Part shown: piece after piece, positions 9,092 to 17,492 of the stretch | Position numbering within the stretch: the first letter of the stretch is position 1 | How the letters are laid out: each line of letters starts with the position of its first letter | Source of the DNA: Gemmatimonadota bacterium | GTDB taxonomy: Bacteria > Gemmatimonadota > Gemmatimonadetes > Gemmatimonadales > GWC2-71-9 | Direction of reading: 5' to 3' | Assembly (NCBI GenBank): GCA_036679645.1 | Contig: JAZDCY010000091.1 | Span: forward strand, 1 to 25,715 | Length of the DNA: 25,715 bases | Translations under genes and position numbers: made by a program | Notes under the pieces: model-generated | Told to the model about the DNA's origin: nothing | The model's database searches: none | The model's input: the letters and a program-made list of their open reading frames with translations, nothing else

Positions 9092-11143
9092 ATGCGCAAC
9101 CCAATTGATCTTCGCGGATACGCCCGCCCGCTCCGGATCGTCGCCATCCTCGTGGCGATCTGCTCGGCGGTATGGGAAGTGTTCAGTGGCGGTGTGCCGC
9201 ACGACGTGCTTTCCCGTTTGCTCGTGGTCCGAGCGGTCGAGACCAGCGTAGCGGTTGCCGTCGCGATTCTGGCGACCTCGCGCCGCTCACTCCCCGTGCT
9301 ACGGGTGCTCATCTGGGTGCTCGCGCTGGACGTGGTCGGCGCGAACGCGGCGGTCGTGGCCGTCGTGCCGTCCGGCCTGTGGGAAGCTCTGCTGTCCCCA
9401 ATGGCCGTGGTGATGGGCGCAGCCCTCTTTGCGCCATGGTCCTGGCGGTGGCAGGCCGGGCTGGTGGTTGTCGTGATCGCCGGCGCGCTGCTCGTGCTCT
9501 GGCTCTGGGTGCCGCTCGCAGGGATCGCCCCGTGGTCCGTTCCCCGCGTCGTGTTGAGCCTGACGACCATCGGGCTCGCGAGCGTGCTCGGCGCCCACCT
9601 GATCGACCTGGACCGCCGCCAAGTGCTCGCCTCCGAGCTGCGTTATCGTGGACTCTTTGACGCCGCCGGCGACGCGATCGCCGTCCTCGATGCGGCGGGC
9701 TTCGTGCGCGAAGGGAATACGCGGCTCGCGGACTTGCTGGATCGAGAGATCGAGGATCTTCCTGGTTGCGCTCTGGGCGAGGCACTCACGATCACTGGCG
9801 CGGACGGGCGGGAGGTTGAGCTGCGGCCCTTGCTTGCAACGCTCACCGATACGGTGCTCGTGACGGGGGTGCTCCGACTGGCGGACGGATCGGGCCGGCC
9901 GGTCGAGGTGTCGCTCTCGCTCCTGCAGGACCCGTCCGACCGCCAGATACAGGCCATCCTGCGGGATACCACCATCCGTCAGGTCGAGGAACAACGCGCT
10001 GCGCTCGCCGAGCGCTACCATGCGGTGGGACGGTTTGCGGGAACCATGGCGCACCAATTCAATAATCTGCTCGCAGGAATCCTCACCCAAACCACGTTGC
10101 TCGAGGACGAGGCGCCGGAACCGGACGCGTCGGGGTTGCGGGAGATTGCGAACGCGGTCCGGCGCGGTGAGCACCTCACCAAAGCATTGCTGCGCTTTAC
10201 GCCCCACTACGCGGTAACCGCGCGACCCCAGGATCCGCTGGAGGTGCTGCGTCGTGCAGCCGAGGTCGAGAGTTCGGCTGCAGGGGCCGCGCTCGGTGTC
10301 TGGGCGGCTCCGGACCTTCCCCCGTTGGCCGGCGACGCCGATCACCTGGTCGATGCGCTGGTCGAACTCGTGCGTAATGCTCGCGAAGCCACCAAAGACC
10401 GGCCAGACGCCGTGATCACCCTTTCGGGCGCCGTCGAGGACGTAGCGGAAGGCGATGTGCGGTGGCGCGGTGCGGTGCCCGGCCGCTACATCCGCCTGTC
10501 CGTTATCGACCAGGGGGTCGGGATGGACCCGGAGACCGTCGAGCAGTTGTTCGAGCCGTTCTTCACGACAAAGCCGCTGCACGAGGCCACAGGTGTCGGC
10601 ATGTCGGCGGTATACTGGGTGGCGCGAGCGCACGGTGGCGTCGCCGCGGTCGATTCCCAACCCGGTCACGGCACGTCGGTGCACCTGATCGTGCCGGTAT
10701 GGACCGGGCCCAACGACCGACTCAGCACAGAGAAATCCGCGCCGGTCCCGAGCGAGGGCGCGTCGCGTCCCGCGACGGTCCTAGTCGTCGACGACGAGAG
10801 CTTCATACGGAACACTGCGCAACGCGCATTGGAGCGGTTCGGGTACACCGTCTTGACCGCGGACGATGGCGACGCGGGCTTTGCGATCCTCGCGCGTGCA
10901 CATCCCCCCGTGGACCTCGCGATTCTCGATGTGGTCATGCCCGCAGGCGGGGCAGGTCTGGCAGAGCGGATGCTGGCCATCCAGCCGGATCTTCCCATTC
11001 TTGTCTGGTCGGGTTATGGCCCAAGCGGTGAGGTCGAACGGATGATGAATGCGGGCGCGCAGGGGTTTCTGCAGAAACCCTACGAGATTCCAGAGCTACG
11101 GGATGCCGTCGCTGCCGCGCTCGATGGGCGACTCTGCGGCTAG
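9092..11143 (+). CDS. membrane hybrid sensor histidine kinase (TM-PAS-HisKA-HATPase-REC)
   Basis: About 5 TM helices; SELRYRGLFDAAGDAI PAS start; H-box AHQFNN; NAREA, DQGVGM, LFEPFFTTK; receiver VLVVDDE / LDVVMP / FLQKPY. Confidence 0.92.
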   Translation: MRNPIDLRGYARPLRIVAILVAICSAVWEVFSGGVPHDVLSRLLVVRAVETSVAVAVAILATSRRSLPVLRVLIWVLALDVVGANAAVVAVVPSGLWEALLSPMAVVMGAALFAPWSWRWQAGLVVVVIAGALLVLWLWVPLAGIAPWSVPRVVLSLTTIGLASVLGAHLIDLDRRQVLASELRYRGLFDAAGDAIAVLDAAGFVREGNTRLADLLDREIEDLPGCALGEALTITGADGREVELRPLLATLTDTVLVTGVLRLADGSGRPVEVSLSLLQDPSDRQIQAILRDTTIRQVEEQRAALAERYHAVGRFAGTMAHQFNNLLAGILTQTTLLEDEAPEPDASGLREIANAVRRGEHLTKALLRFTPHYAVTARPQDPLEVLRRAAEVESSAAGAALGVWAAPDLPPLAGDADHLVDALVELVRNAREATKDRPDAVITLSGAVEDVAEGDVRWRGAVPGRYIRLSVIDQGVGMDPETVEQLFEPFFTTKPLHEATGVGMSAVYWVARAHGGVAAVDSQPGHGTSVHLIVPVWTGPNDRLSTEKSAPVPSEGASRPATVLVVDDESFIRNTAQRALERFGYTVLTADDGDAGFAILARAHPPVDLAILDVVMPAGGAGLAERMLAIQPDLPILVWSGYGPSGEVERMMNAGAQGFLQKPYEIPELRDAVAAALDGRLCG

Positions 11144-11487
11144 GCTCCCGTCGAGCCGAACCCTCCTCGCTCGCGAGTGGGATCTGCGGTGGTGGCTTCC
11201 TCGAGCGCCGGGCAGTATCACCTCTTCATCCCTCAGGTTGTGCACGATGATCCCGATCGGGCCTGCGTAGTCGGCATCGATGAGACCAGGTGAGTTGGGG
11301 AGGATAAGACCGTACTTGAGCGGTAGGCTCGAGCGGGGGAGAATGAGCATTACGGGAGAATCTTCGTCTCGCGGGCGCCGACCGTTGCCCGCTCGACCGT
11401 CGCCAGGTCGTATCCGAATGATCCGTCCGTCGCTCGCGTCGGTAACTGTGCCTTTTCATCGAGCCGCTTCAATGCGATGGCGTCCAT
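11140..11487 (-). pseudogene. dut: dUTPase pseudogene split into three pieces by two frame-breaking lesions
   Basis: Piece 1 MDAIALKRLDEKAQLPTRATDGSFGYDL...KILP* (motif 1); piece 2 MLILPRSS...NSPGLIDADYAG (motifs 2 and 3); piece 3, after a second frame change, ...RERGGFGSTGA* (motif 5); motif 4 is absent. Confidence 0.85.
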
Positions 11488-11567
11488 GGCAATCTCCCCG
11501 TCGCGATAGAGTACACTCGCGTAGTGAGTGGGTGCTCACCCCGTGAAAGTCTGAGAAGTGGCGTCTC

Positions 11568-11930
11568 TCAGGTCTCGCTGCCGGCGGCGAGCCTCTCGAA
11601 CAGCTTCCACGTATAGAACACGGCCCGCCCGCGGAGTCCCTGCAGCTGGTTGAGGCTATCCTCAGGCAGCACGCCGCGCGCGTGGGCGAGCCGGAGGTAG
11701 TAGCCCAACTCCGAGAGAAACCCGAGTGCCAGGCCGACGTACCGAGGGAACGCGCCGCGGTCCGGCCTTGCGGACCCGTGGGCGAGCTTGGCGGGCGCGA
11801 GGATGGCTACCTGCCGTAACCGCCTCTGGAGGCCCCTCTCCCGATCCGACATGCCGTCGGTGGCCTCGTACACGGCCAGTACGAGTTGGTGGCTCGTCTT
11901 CCAGGCGTCGAGTTGTTGAAAGCCGATCAT
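11568..11930 (-). CDS. four-helix-bundle protein (23S rRNA IVS / TIGR02436-like), divergent
   Basis: FQQLDAWKTSHQLVLAVYEAT N-terminus, F.RY..LALG.LSEL.YYL.LA; 120 aa. Confidence 0.8.
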   Translation of the reverse strand: MIGFQQLDAWKTSHQLVLAVYEATDGMSDRERGLQRRLRQVAILAPAKLAHGSARPDRGAFPRYVGLALGFLSELGYYLRLAHARGVLPEDSLNQLQGLRGRAVFYTWKLFERLAAGSET

Positions 11931-12132
11931 GAGGAGAGTCTAACGCGGTCGGCTCCTCCCACCGGTACCATTGTGCTGTAGGGAAAGGGCCAAATGACGC
12001 GCACTTGGCGCGCCACGCGGCTGTCTGGCGACCTTTCCGCACGCCCCCTCGGATGCGATACTGATCCCAGATTCAGCCTCGCGCACAGGGCGACGGTCTG
12101 AACCGTGCGGTGTATGACCCTCGGGAGGGTGT

Positions 12133-14898
12133 GTGAGACACTTAGACGAGAAGAAGCTGCTGGCCTATCTCGGTCGGAGGCGGGAGTTCGCCGATCCCGC
12201 GACGCATCGGGAAGGCACGCTGCATATCGTCAAGTGCTCGAAGTGCTCGAAGCGGATAGAGGAGGTGCGGAAGAAGAAGCGCATCACCCTGGCGCGACAG
12301 CGGCGGCTGGTCCAGCCGATCGAGCTGATTTCCCCCGACGATCACACCTCGGCGCCGGACTCGGCGCACCTCAGTGAGCGGCAACTAGCGTCCTATCTGA
12401 ACTCCCGCGATGAGTTTGCCGATTCCACGATCCGTGGTGCCTACGGCGATCATGTCAGCCGGTGCAATCAATGCTCGGAGCGACTGGTCCAATCGCGCCA
12501 CAAGCTGAGAGCCAGTGGGCAGCTTCGGGTCTACGAGCCGGAAGTGCTGACGCCCGCCGGGCTCAAGCCCGCCGGGCGTCTCTCACCGGCTCCCATCCGA
12601 CCGATCGACGACCCGCTCGCGCAGGATGTCTCGCGGCAGTCGGGTTCCTCTGCGCGAACCAGCGGCGAGCCGTCCGGCAACGGATCGGGGAGCGGCGCGT
12701 CGGTTGTGGAGTCCCCGTTGGAGGACGGTGTGGCCGATCTCGCGGCGGCGAAGCGTGAGGTCGAGGCCGCACTGCAGGAAGCGGAGGTGGCCCGGGAAGA
12801 GGCGAAAGCAGCGAAGCGGGACGCGGAGGTGACTAAGCAGGAGGCGGAGGCTGTGCGCCGTCAATCGGCGGCGGCACTCGCGCGCTACGAGGCCGAGGCG
12901 ACGAAGACCGAGGAAGCGGAGACCGCGTTGAAGGAGGCGGATGCGGCCCGGCGGGAAGCGGAGGCGGCGCGGAAGGAGGCAGACGCTGCGAAGCGGGAGA
13001 CGGCGGGGGTCAAGGCGGCGGCGAAGAAGGTAGCGCGGGCTACTAAGGAACGCCGCGAGGCGGAGGCGGCGCGGCGAACCGAGGTGGAAACGGCGCGGCG
13101 CGAAGCTGAACAGGCGCGTAGGGAAGCCGAAACGGCCCGTGAGGAGGCCCGCCGTGCGTCGTCGGCGGTAACGACCGGCCAGATCGATGCGACCGAGGTG
13201 CGACTGGCCGAAGCGGCGCGCAAGGAAGCGGAGGCCGCCCGGCGGGAGGCGGAAGCCGCCCGGAAAGAGGCGGCCGCGGCACAACAGAAGACCGCGGAGA
13301 TCAAGACGGTCGCCCTCAAGGTGGCGCAGGCGAGCAAGAAGCGTCGCGCGGCCGAGACCGCGCACCGGGCCGAGGCTGAGGTGGCAAAACGCGAGGCGGA
13401 GGAGGCTCGCGGGGAAGCCGACGCGGCCCGACGTGAGGCGGAGGTGGCGAAGCGGGAAGCGGACGAACTCCGGCAGGCGGCAGATAGAGGGAAGGCGGCG
13501 GCGGACACGGGCGGGGCCGATCGCGAAGTGGCCGAGGCGGCGCGGATGGCGGCGGAGGCCGCGCGCACATTGGCCGAGGCCGCGCGGAAGGAGGCTGAGG
13601 TCGCGCGAAAGGAGGCGGACGTTGCCCGGCAGGAAGCGGCGCTCGTCAAGCGAGAGGCCGCACACCAGCGGGACGTGGATGTCGATCTGGCGGTCGAGTC
13701 GGCCCTGTCAGCGGCGGCCGCCGCGCGGGGCCAGTCACTACCAGGGGGTGATGGTCGAGCGGAGTCGGAGGCAGCTGCCACTCGACGCTCTCGCCGACGG
13801 GTCGCTCTCGCAGCTCTGATTCCGATTGCTGCGGTAGCCGCCTGGATGGTGCGGTCCACGCTTGACGGGTCGAGAGGTACCGAACCCGTGGCGGTCGCGT
13901 CGCCGTCCGTGCAGCCCGTCCCGGCAGTGCCCGAGCCGGCTACAGCACTTCCGTCGGATCCCGCCATCGGAGATTCGGCGGCGGTTGCCGCACAGATTCC
14001 TGCTACCGTGCGGGAGCCGGTCGCTCAGCTGGCCGATGATTTGAGACCGGCGGCGCGCGGCGATCCGCCGGCCCAGGTGGCCGTTCCGGTCCCCGTCCAA
14101 CAGCCCCGACCCGTTCAGCCGCGAGCTGCCCAGCCCCAACCTGAACCGGCTCAACCAACACCTGCACCGCCCCCGCCCGCGCCGCGCACGATCGCGGGTG
14201 TCGTCCAGGACACGGGGAACAACGCCCCGCTGCCAGGGGCACGGGTCGTGATCTCCGGGACCGGCGCGGCGACCACGAGCGGGTCGGATGGATCGTTCCG
14301 GTTCGCGGACGTGCCGGCGGGCGACGTTGAGGTGGTGGCATCACTCGCGGGGTACGACGACGCGAGTGTCCGCACCGTGGTCGCGCCCGGGAGCGAAGCG
14401 CGGATCGATCTGCGGCTGCAACCGACCGAGGCCCCGGCCCCGCCGGCGGATCCCGAACCCGCCCCCGCCTCTACCGGACCGACGGTGCTCCCGACGCGGG
14501 AGGAGACCGATCCCCAACTGGTATCCGGTGAGTGGGTGCGGATCGACCGCGCCGAAGCCGAGGAACTATTGGGAAGGGGCCTCGTGGCGGTGGCCGATCT
14601 GCCGATCGAGAGTGTCGCGAAGCCGGGGTCCTCTAACCGCGTAGCGGTCCGGGTTGTCCAGCTGCTGGATTCGGGCGAGCGGCTCGAGATCGTGATCACT
14701 CGACCGCCGTTCCTGAGCCGGTCGCGCGGCCGCGGCGGCGCAGCGCGCGTCTCGGCGGTCCGTGTAGCGGAGGCGGCCCCCGGGACTCCGGCGAGGGGGA
14801 CGGCCCGTGTGGGTGGCTACCTCGTGACCGCTAAGGCGGACCTTGCCTCGGGAGCTCTACACAGCCTGCTGAATCGGATTGCCGACGTGCCTCGCTGA
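12133..14898 (+). CDS. single-pass membrane protein: two zf-HC2-like zinc fingers, Ala/Glu/Arg coiled coil, TM, Pro-rich linker, carboxypeptidase-regulatory-like domain
   Basis: GGAGG RBS; HIVKCSKC and HVSRCNQC; EAEAARR heptads; RRSRRR then a hydrophobic helix; TIAGVVQD...PLPGARV...DGSFRF..VPAG...ASLAGY. Confidence 0.8.
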   Translation: MRHLDEKKLLAYLGRRREFADPATHREGTLHIVKCSKCSKRIEEVRKKKRITLARQRRLVQPIELISPDDHTSAPDSAHLSERQLASYLNSRDEFADSTIRGAYGDHVSRCNQCSERLVQSRHKLRASGQLRVYEPEVLTPAGLKPAGRLSPAPIRPIDDPLAQDVSRQSGSSARTSGEPSGNGSGSGASVVESPLEDGVADLAAAKREVEAALQEAEVAREEAKAAKRDAEVTKQEAEAVRRQSAAALARYEAEATKTEEAETALKEADAARREAEAARKEADAAKRETAGVKAAAKKVARATKERREAEAARRTEVETARREAEQARREAETAREEARRASSAVTTGQIDATEVRLAEAARKEAEAARREAEAARKEAAAAQQKTAEIKTVALKVAQASKKRRAAETAHRAEAEVAKREAEEARGEADAARREAEVAKREADELRQAADRGKAAADTGGADREVAEAARMAAEAARTLAEAARKEAEVARKEADVARQEAALVKREAAHQRDVDVDLAVESALSAAAAARGQSLPGGDGRAESEAAATRRSRRRVALAALIPIAAVAAWMVRSTLDGSRGTEPVAVASPSVQPVPAVPEPATALPSDPAIGDSAAVAAQIPATVREPVAQLADDLRPAARGDPPAQVAVPVPVQQPRPVQPRAAQPQPEPAQPTPAPPPPAPRTIAGVVQDTGNNAPLPGARVVISGTGAATTSGSDGSFRFADVPAGDVEVVASLAGYDDASVRTVVAPGSEARIDLRLQPTEAPAPPADPEPAPASTGPTVLPTREETDPQLVSGEWVRIDRAEAEELLGRGLVAVADLPIESVAKPGSSNRVAVRVVQLLDSGERLEIVITRPPFLSRSRGRGGAARVSAVRVAEAAPGTPARGTARVGGYLVTAKADLASGALHSLLNRIADVPR

Positions 14899-14909
14899 GT
14901 CACGGGGGC

Positions 14910-15254
14910 TCAGTCGGTCCCGACGTACTCCACATCCATCTTGATCGAACGCGACGCCGTATCGGAGCGAATCCGGACGACGATCAGTCCCTCCGGGCCC
15001 CGACCGGGCAGGATCGGACCAGCCGGTCCATGCGGGCGGGGTAACCTCACCAAACCGACCTGATCGGAGAGAAAAAGACGGAATTCACGCCGGATGACGG
15101 AATCGGTAATGGCTCTGGCACCCTGGATCACCGTGACCGAGACCCGTGCCCGGGCTCTGTCTTGGGCGACCGCGCTGTGGGGTACAGCGGAGGCAATAGC
15201 CGCCAAGATCGTGCCAATAAATGATTTATGGATCAACGCCGCCCGCAGGCCCAT
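14910..15254 (-). CDS. small exported protein with pilin-like terminal strands
   Basis: GAAGGA RBS; signal peptide ending AVA-Q; ARARVSVTVI near the mature N-terminus and IKMDVEY near the C-terminus. Confidence 0.55.
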   Translation of the reverse strand: MGLRAALIHKSFIGTILAAIASAVPHSAVAQDRARARVSVTVIQGARAITDSVIRREFRLFLSDQVGLVRLPRPHGPAGPILPGRGPEGLIVVRIRSDTASRSIKMDVEYVGTD

Positions 15255-15453
15255 CGTGTCCTTCCGTCAGGTCCTGTCTCGGTTGTCGGCGTTCGGAGGG
15301 GGTGGCTTGAGGGTATTGCAGCCTTGTGGCAGCGTCGCGACAGATGGAGTCGGCCGGCTACGGGCGGGACTCAGAAGCTGCCGCCTCTTGCGGATCGGGC
15401 CGGGAGAGTGCCTCTTTTTCCGCCCGGTACCCGGGAAGGACGCATAGCTCGAC

Positions 15454-15469
15454 GGGCCCGGAAGTTGCT
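15454..15469 (+). promoter_or_regulatory. candidate sigma54 (-24/-12) promoter for the pilus operon
   Basis: GGGCCCG-GAAG-TTGCT versus consensus TGGCACG-N4-TTGCW; exact GG-N10-GC spacing; about 70 bp upstream of the ATG at 15538. Confidence 0.5.
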
Positions 15470-15537
15470 TTCGTGAGTCAGGTCACTATGGAGTTCGCTT
15501 ACTCCGTGCGCACAAACCCATAGGTAGGGGGATTAGT

Positions 15538-16056
15538 ATGAGACGTTTGTTCAAGCTGCCGGTGGCCGCATGTGCGGGGGCTGTCCTCGCCTTCGGCGTG
15601 GCGGCGCAGCCCGCCGCGGCGCAGTTTTCGGCCAATGCGTCGGCCAACGTGTCGGCGACGATCGTCGGCGTCGCGCCGCTGACCGCGACAACGGTCAACG
15701 ACCTCCTCTTCGGAAGCGTGACCGCCGGTACGCCAACGACGGTTGCAGAGGTCGACGGCGCCCGGTTCACGATGACCGGTGAGCCCAGCTTCCCGGTGAA
15801 CGTGTCGTTCGCGCTACCGGGCACACTGTTGGGGCCGGCTGCGGCTACCATCCCAATCACGTTCAGCACAACGGACGGGTTGTTGTGGGCGCCGTTCCCA
15901 ACGACGTTCACGACGTTCAACCCGAACGCGGTGTTCAACACGAACATGGACGGGACCGGTGCACTCGAGATCGGGATACGCGGCACCGTGTCTCCACCGG
16001 CGTTGACCGTCTCAGGGGTCTACACCGGCACGATCACGATCACGGTCGCCTACTAG
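15538..16056 (+). CDS. DUF4402/spore-coat-U-like fimbrial subunit (probable major pilin)
   Basis: Signal peptide ending AAA-Q; donor-strand-like ASANVSATIV; DLLFG; C-terminal GVYTGTITITVAY; purine-rich RBS. Confidence 0.8.
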   Translation: MRRLFKLPVAACAGAVLAFGVAAQPAAAQFSANASANVSATIVGVAPLTATTVNDLLFGSVTAGTPTTVAEVDGARFTMTGEPSFPVNVSFALPGTLLGPAAATIPITFSTTDGLLWAPFPTTFTTFNPNAVFNTNMDGTGALEIGIRGTVSPPALTVSGVYTGTITITVAY

Positions 16057-16059
16057 GCG

Positions 16060-16077
16060 CCGCGAGGCGCCTCGCGG
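16060..16077. other. perfect 18-bp palindrome (stem-loop) between pilin 1 and pilin 2
   Basis: CCGCGAGGCGCCTCGCGG, 3 bp after the pilin stop; no U-tract. Confidence 0.6.
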
Positions 16078-16089
16078 GCGGGAGGCCGG

Positions 16090-16632
16090 ATGTCGGTAGA
16101 GGCGGGCGTGTCGCCTGGACCCCAGGTCCCACTGGGTGCCCGGGCGATTGCGGCCGCCCTGCTGCTTCTGGTGCTCTGGCCCGACCCGGGGTACGGGCAG
16201 GAACCCGCGGGAAATCAGGCGAACCTGATCCGGCGGCCACCGGTCATCGTTGCCGGGGGTCGCGGTCTCCGGTTCGGTCGGATCTTCCGAGGCACGCCCA
16301 GCAGTGTGTCGCCTGCCAGCAACCGCTCGGCGCAGTTCGTGATCGTCGGATTCGATTCACAGATCCAGGTCAGCTTTGTGCTTCCGAGCGGTCTCGTGTC
16401 AACCAGCGGCGCATTGCTACCCTTGCAGTTCGGACCGGGCGACGGGATGCTGTTTCGCCTACGGGGGTTTCGTCACGAATTGTTCGATCCAACACGCCCA
16501 CTCACGATCACCATACATCGGTTCGACCTGCTTCGATTGCGCCTTGGCGGGACGGCAATGCCAGGTGCGGCGCAGCCGTTGGGCCGGTATAGGGGCACGG
16601 TGACCGTCGTGGTCGCGGATCTCAGCACATGA
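16090..16632 (+). CDS. second DUF4402-like fimbrial subunit (minor/tip, Arg-rich)
   Basis: GGGAGG RBS; signal peptide; LRFG, QVSFVLP, LPLQF and GRYRGTVTVVV parallel pilin 1. Confidence 0.72.
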   Translation: MSVEAGVSPGPQVPLGARAIAAALLLLVLWPDPGYGQEPAGNQANLIRRPPVIVAGGRGLRFGRIFRGTPSSVSPASNRSAQFVIVGFDSQIQVSFVLPSGLVSTSGALLPLQFGPGDGMLFRLRGFRHELFDPTRPLTITIHRFDLLRLRLGGTAMPGAAQPLGRYRGTVTVVVADLST

Positions 16633-17492
16633 CCTGGCGCCGCCTTGCCTTACCGCTCGGCCTGGCGGTGGTGCTGGTCCTGCCGGCGCTCCTTGGCGCG
16701 GTCTACATAGCGCCCCACGCCGTTTTCATCTACCACGAGTCCAAGTCGGCCCAGGTAACCGTGGGCAACAACGGGGAGACGCCCGAAGAGATCACGGTCG
16801 ATCTCCTGTTCGGGTATCCGGACACGGACTCGACCGGGACGGCGTTCATCCGGTTCATCGATGACCCCGGCCCGGAGATCCCTTCGGCGGCCGACTGGAT
16901 CCGGGCCTTCCCGCGCCGCATGCGGCTCGAGCCGGGCAATCGGCAGACCGTACGCCTCCTGGCGACGCCGCCGCCGGATCTGCCGGACGGGGAATACTGG
17001 GCGCGCTTGATGGTGACGGCACGCGGCGCGTCGATTCCCGTGGAGACCGCCGACACAACCGTGCGGGCCGGTTTGCAGCTCGAGTTTCGGCTGGTGATTT
17101 CGGTGACGTACCGCAAGGGCGAAGTCACAACGGGTATCGCGCTCACGAACCTCGAGGCGTCCGCAGACGGCGACTCGCTGGTCGTGTGGGTGGCGGTCGA
17201 GCGCCAGGGCACGGCCGCGTATCTCGGGACGGCGGAGTTCGACGTCGTCGATGGTGATGACAACCACGTCCTGGAGTGGCGTATTCCTATCGCCGTCTAC
17301 TATGCGATGAACCGCCGCTTCGTCTTCCCAATCGACGAGCTCCCGGCTGGAGACTATCGATTGGCGTTCCGGCTCTCGACAAGGCGGGACGATCTCGAAG
17401 AGGCGAACGTGCTTCCGGCACCAGCTTTACCAAACGGTAGGCCGGCGCCGTGCACCCGATGCGCGCCCTCCTGGCTTCCAGTCTTTCGCTAG
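16629..17492 (+). CDS. periplasmic fimbrial chaperone (PapD-like, two Ig domains)
   Basis: ATGA-coupled start; VYIAPHAVFI, VTVGN, SAADWIRAFPRRMRLEPG..QTVRL, LPDGEYW, RQGTA. Confidence 0.8.
   Translation: MTWRRLALPLGLAVVLVLPALLGAVYIAPHAVFIYHESKSAQVTVGNNGETPEEITVDLLFGYPDTDSTGTAFIRFIDDPGPEIPSAADWIRAFPRRMRLEPGNRQTVRLLATPPPDLPDGEYWARLMVTARGASIPVETADTTVRAGLQLEFRLVISVTYRKGEVTTGIALTNLEASADGDSLVVWVAVERQGTAAYLGTAEFDVVDGDDNHVLEWRIPIAVYYAMNRRFVFPIDELPAGDYRLAFRLSTRRDDLEEANVLPAPALPNGRPAPCTRCAPSWLPVFR

Noticed and set aside
11568..11930. Diversity-generating retroelement (Avd-like gene plus a 140-bp repeat pair)
   Set aside because: No reverse transcriptase in the window; the comM repeat mismatches are synonymous and not adenine-specific
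12583..13967. Long antisense ORFs here and elsewhere (e.g. 9299-10684, 17489-18559)
   Set aside because: Shadow frames of high-GC coding sequence with no recognisable motifs
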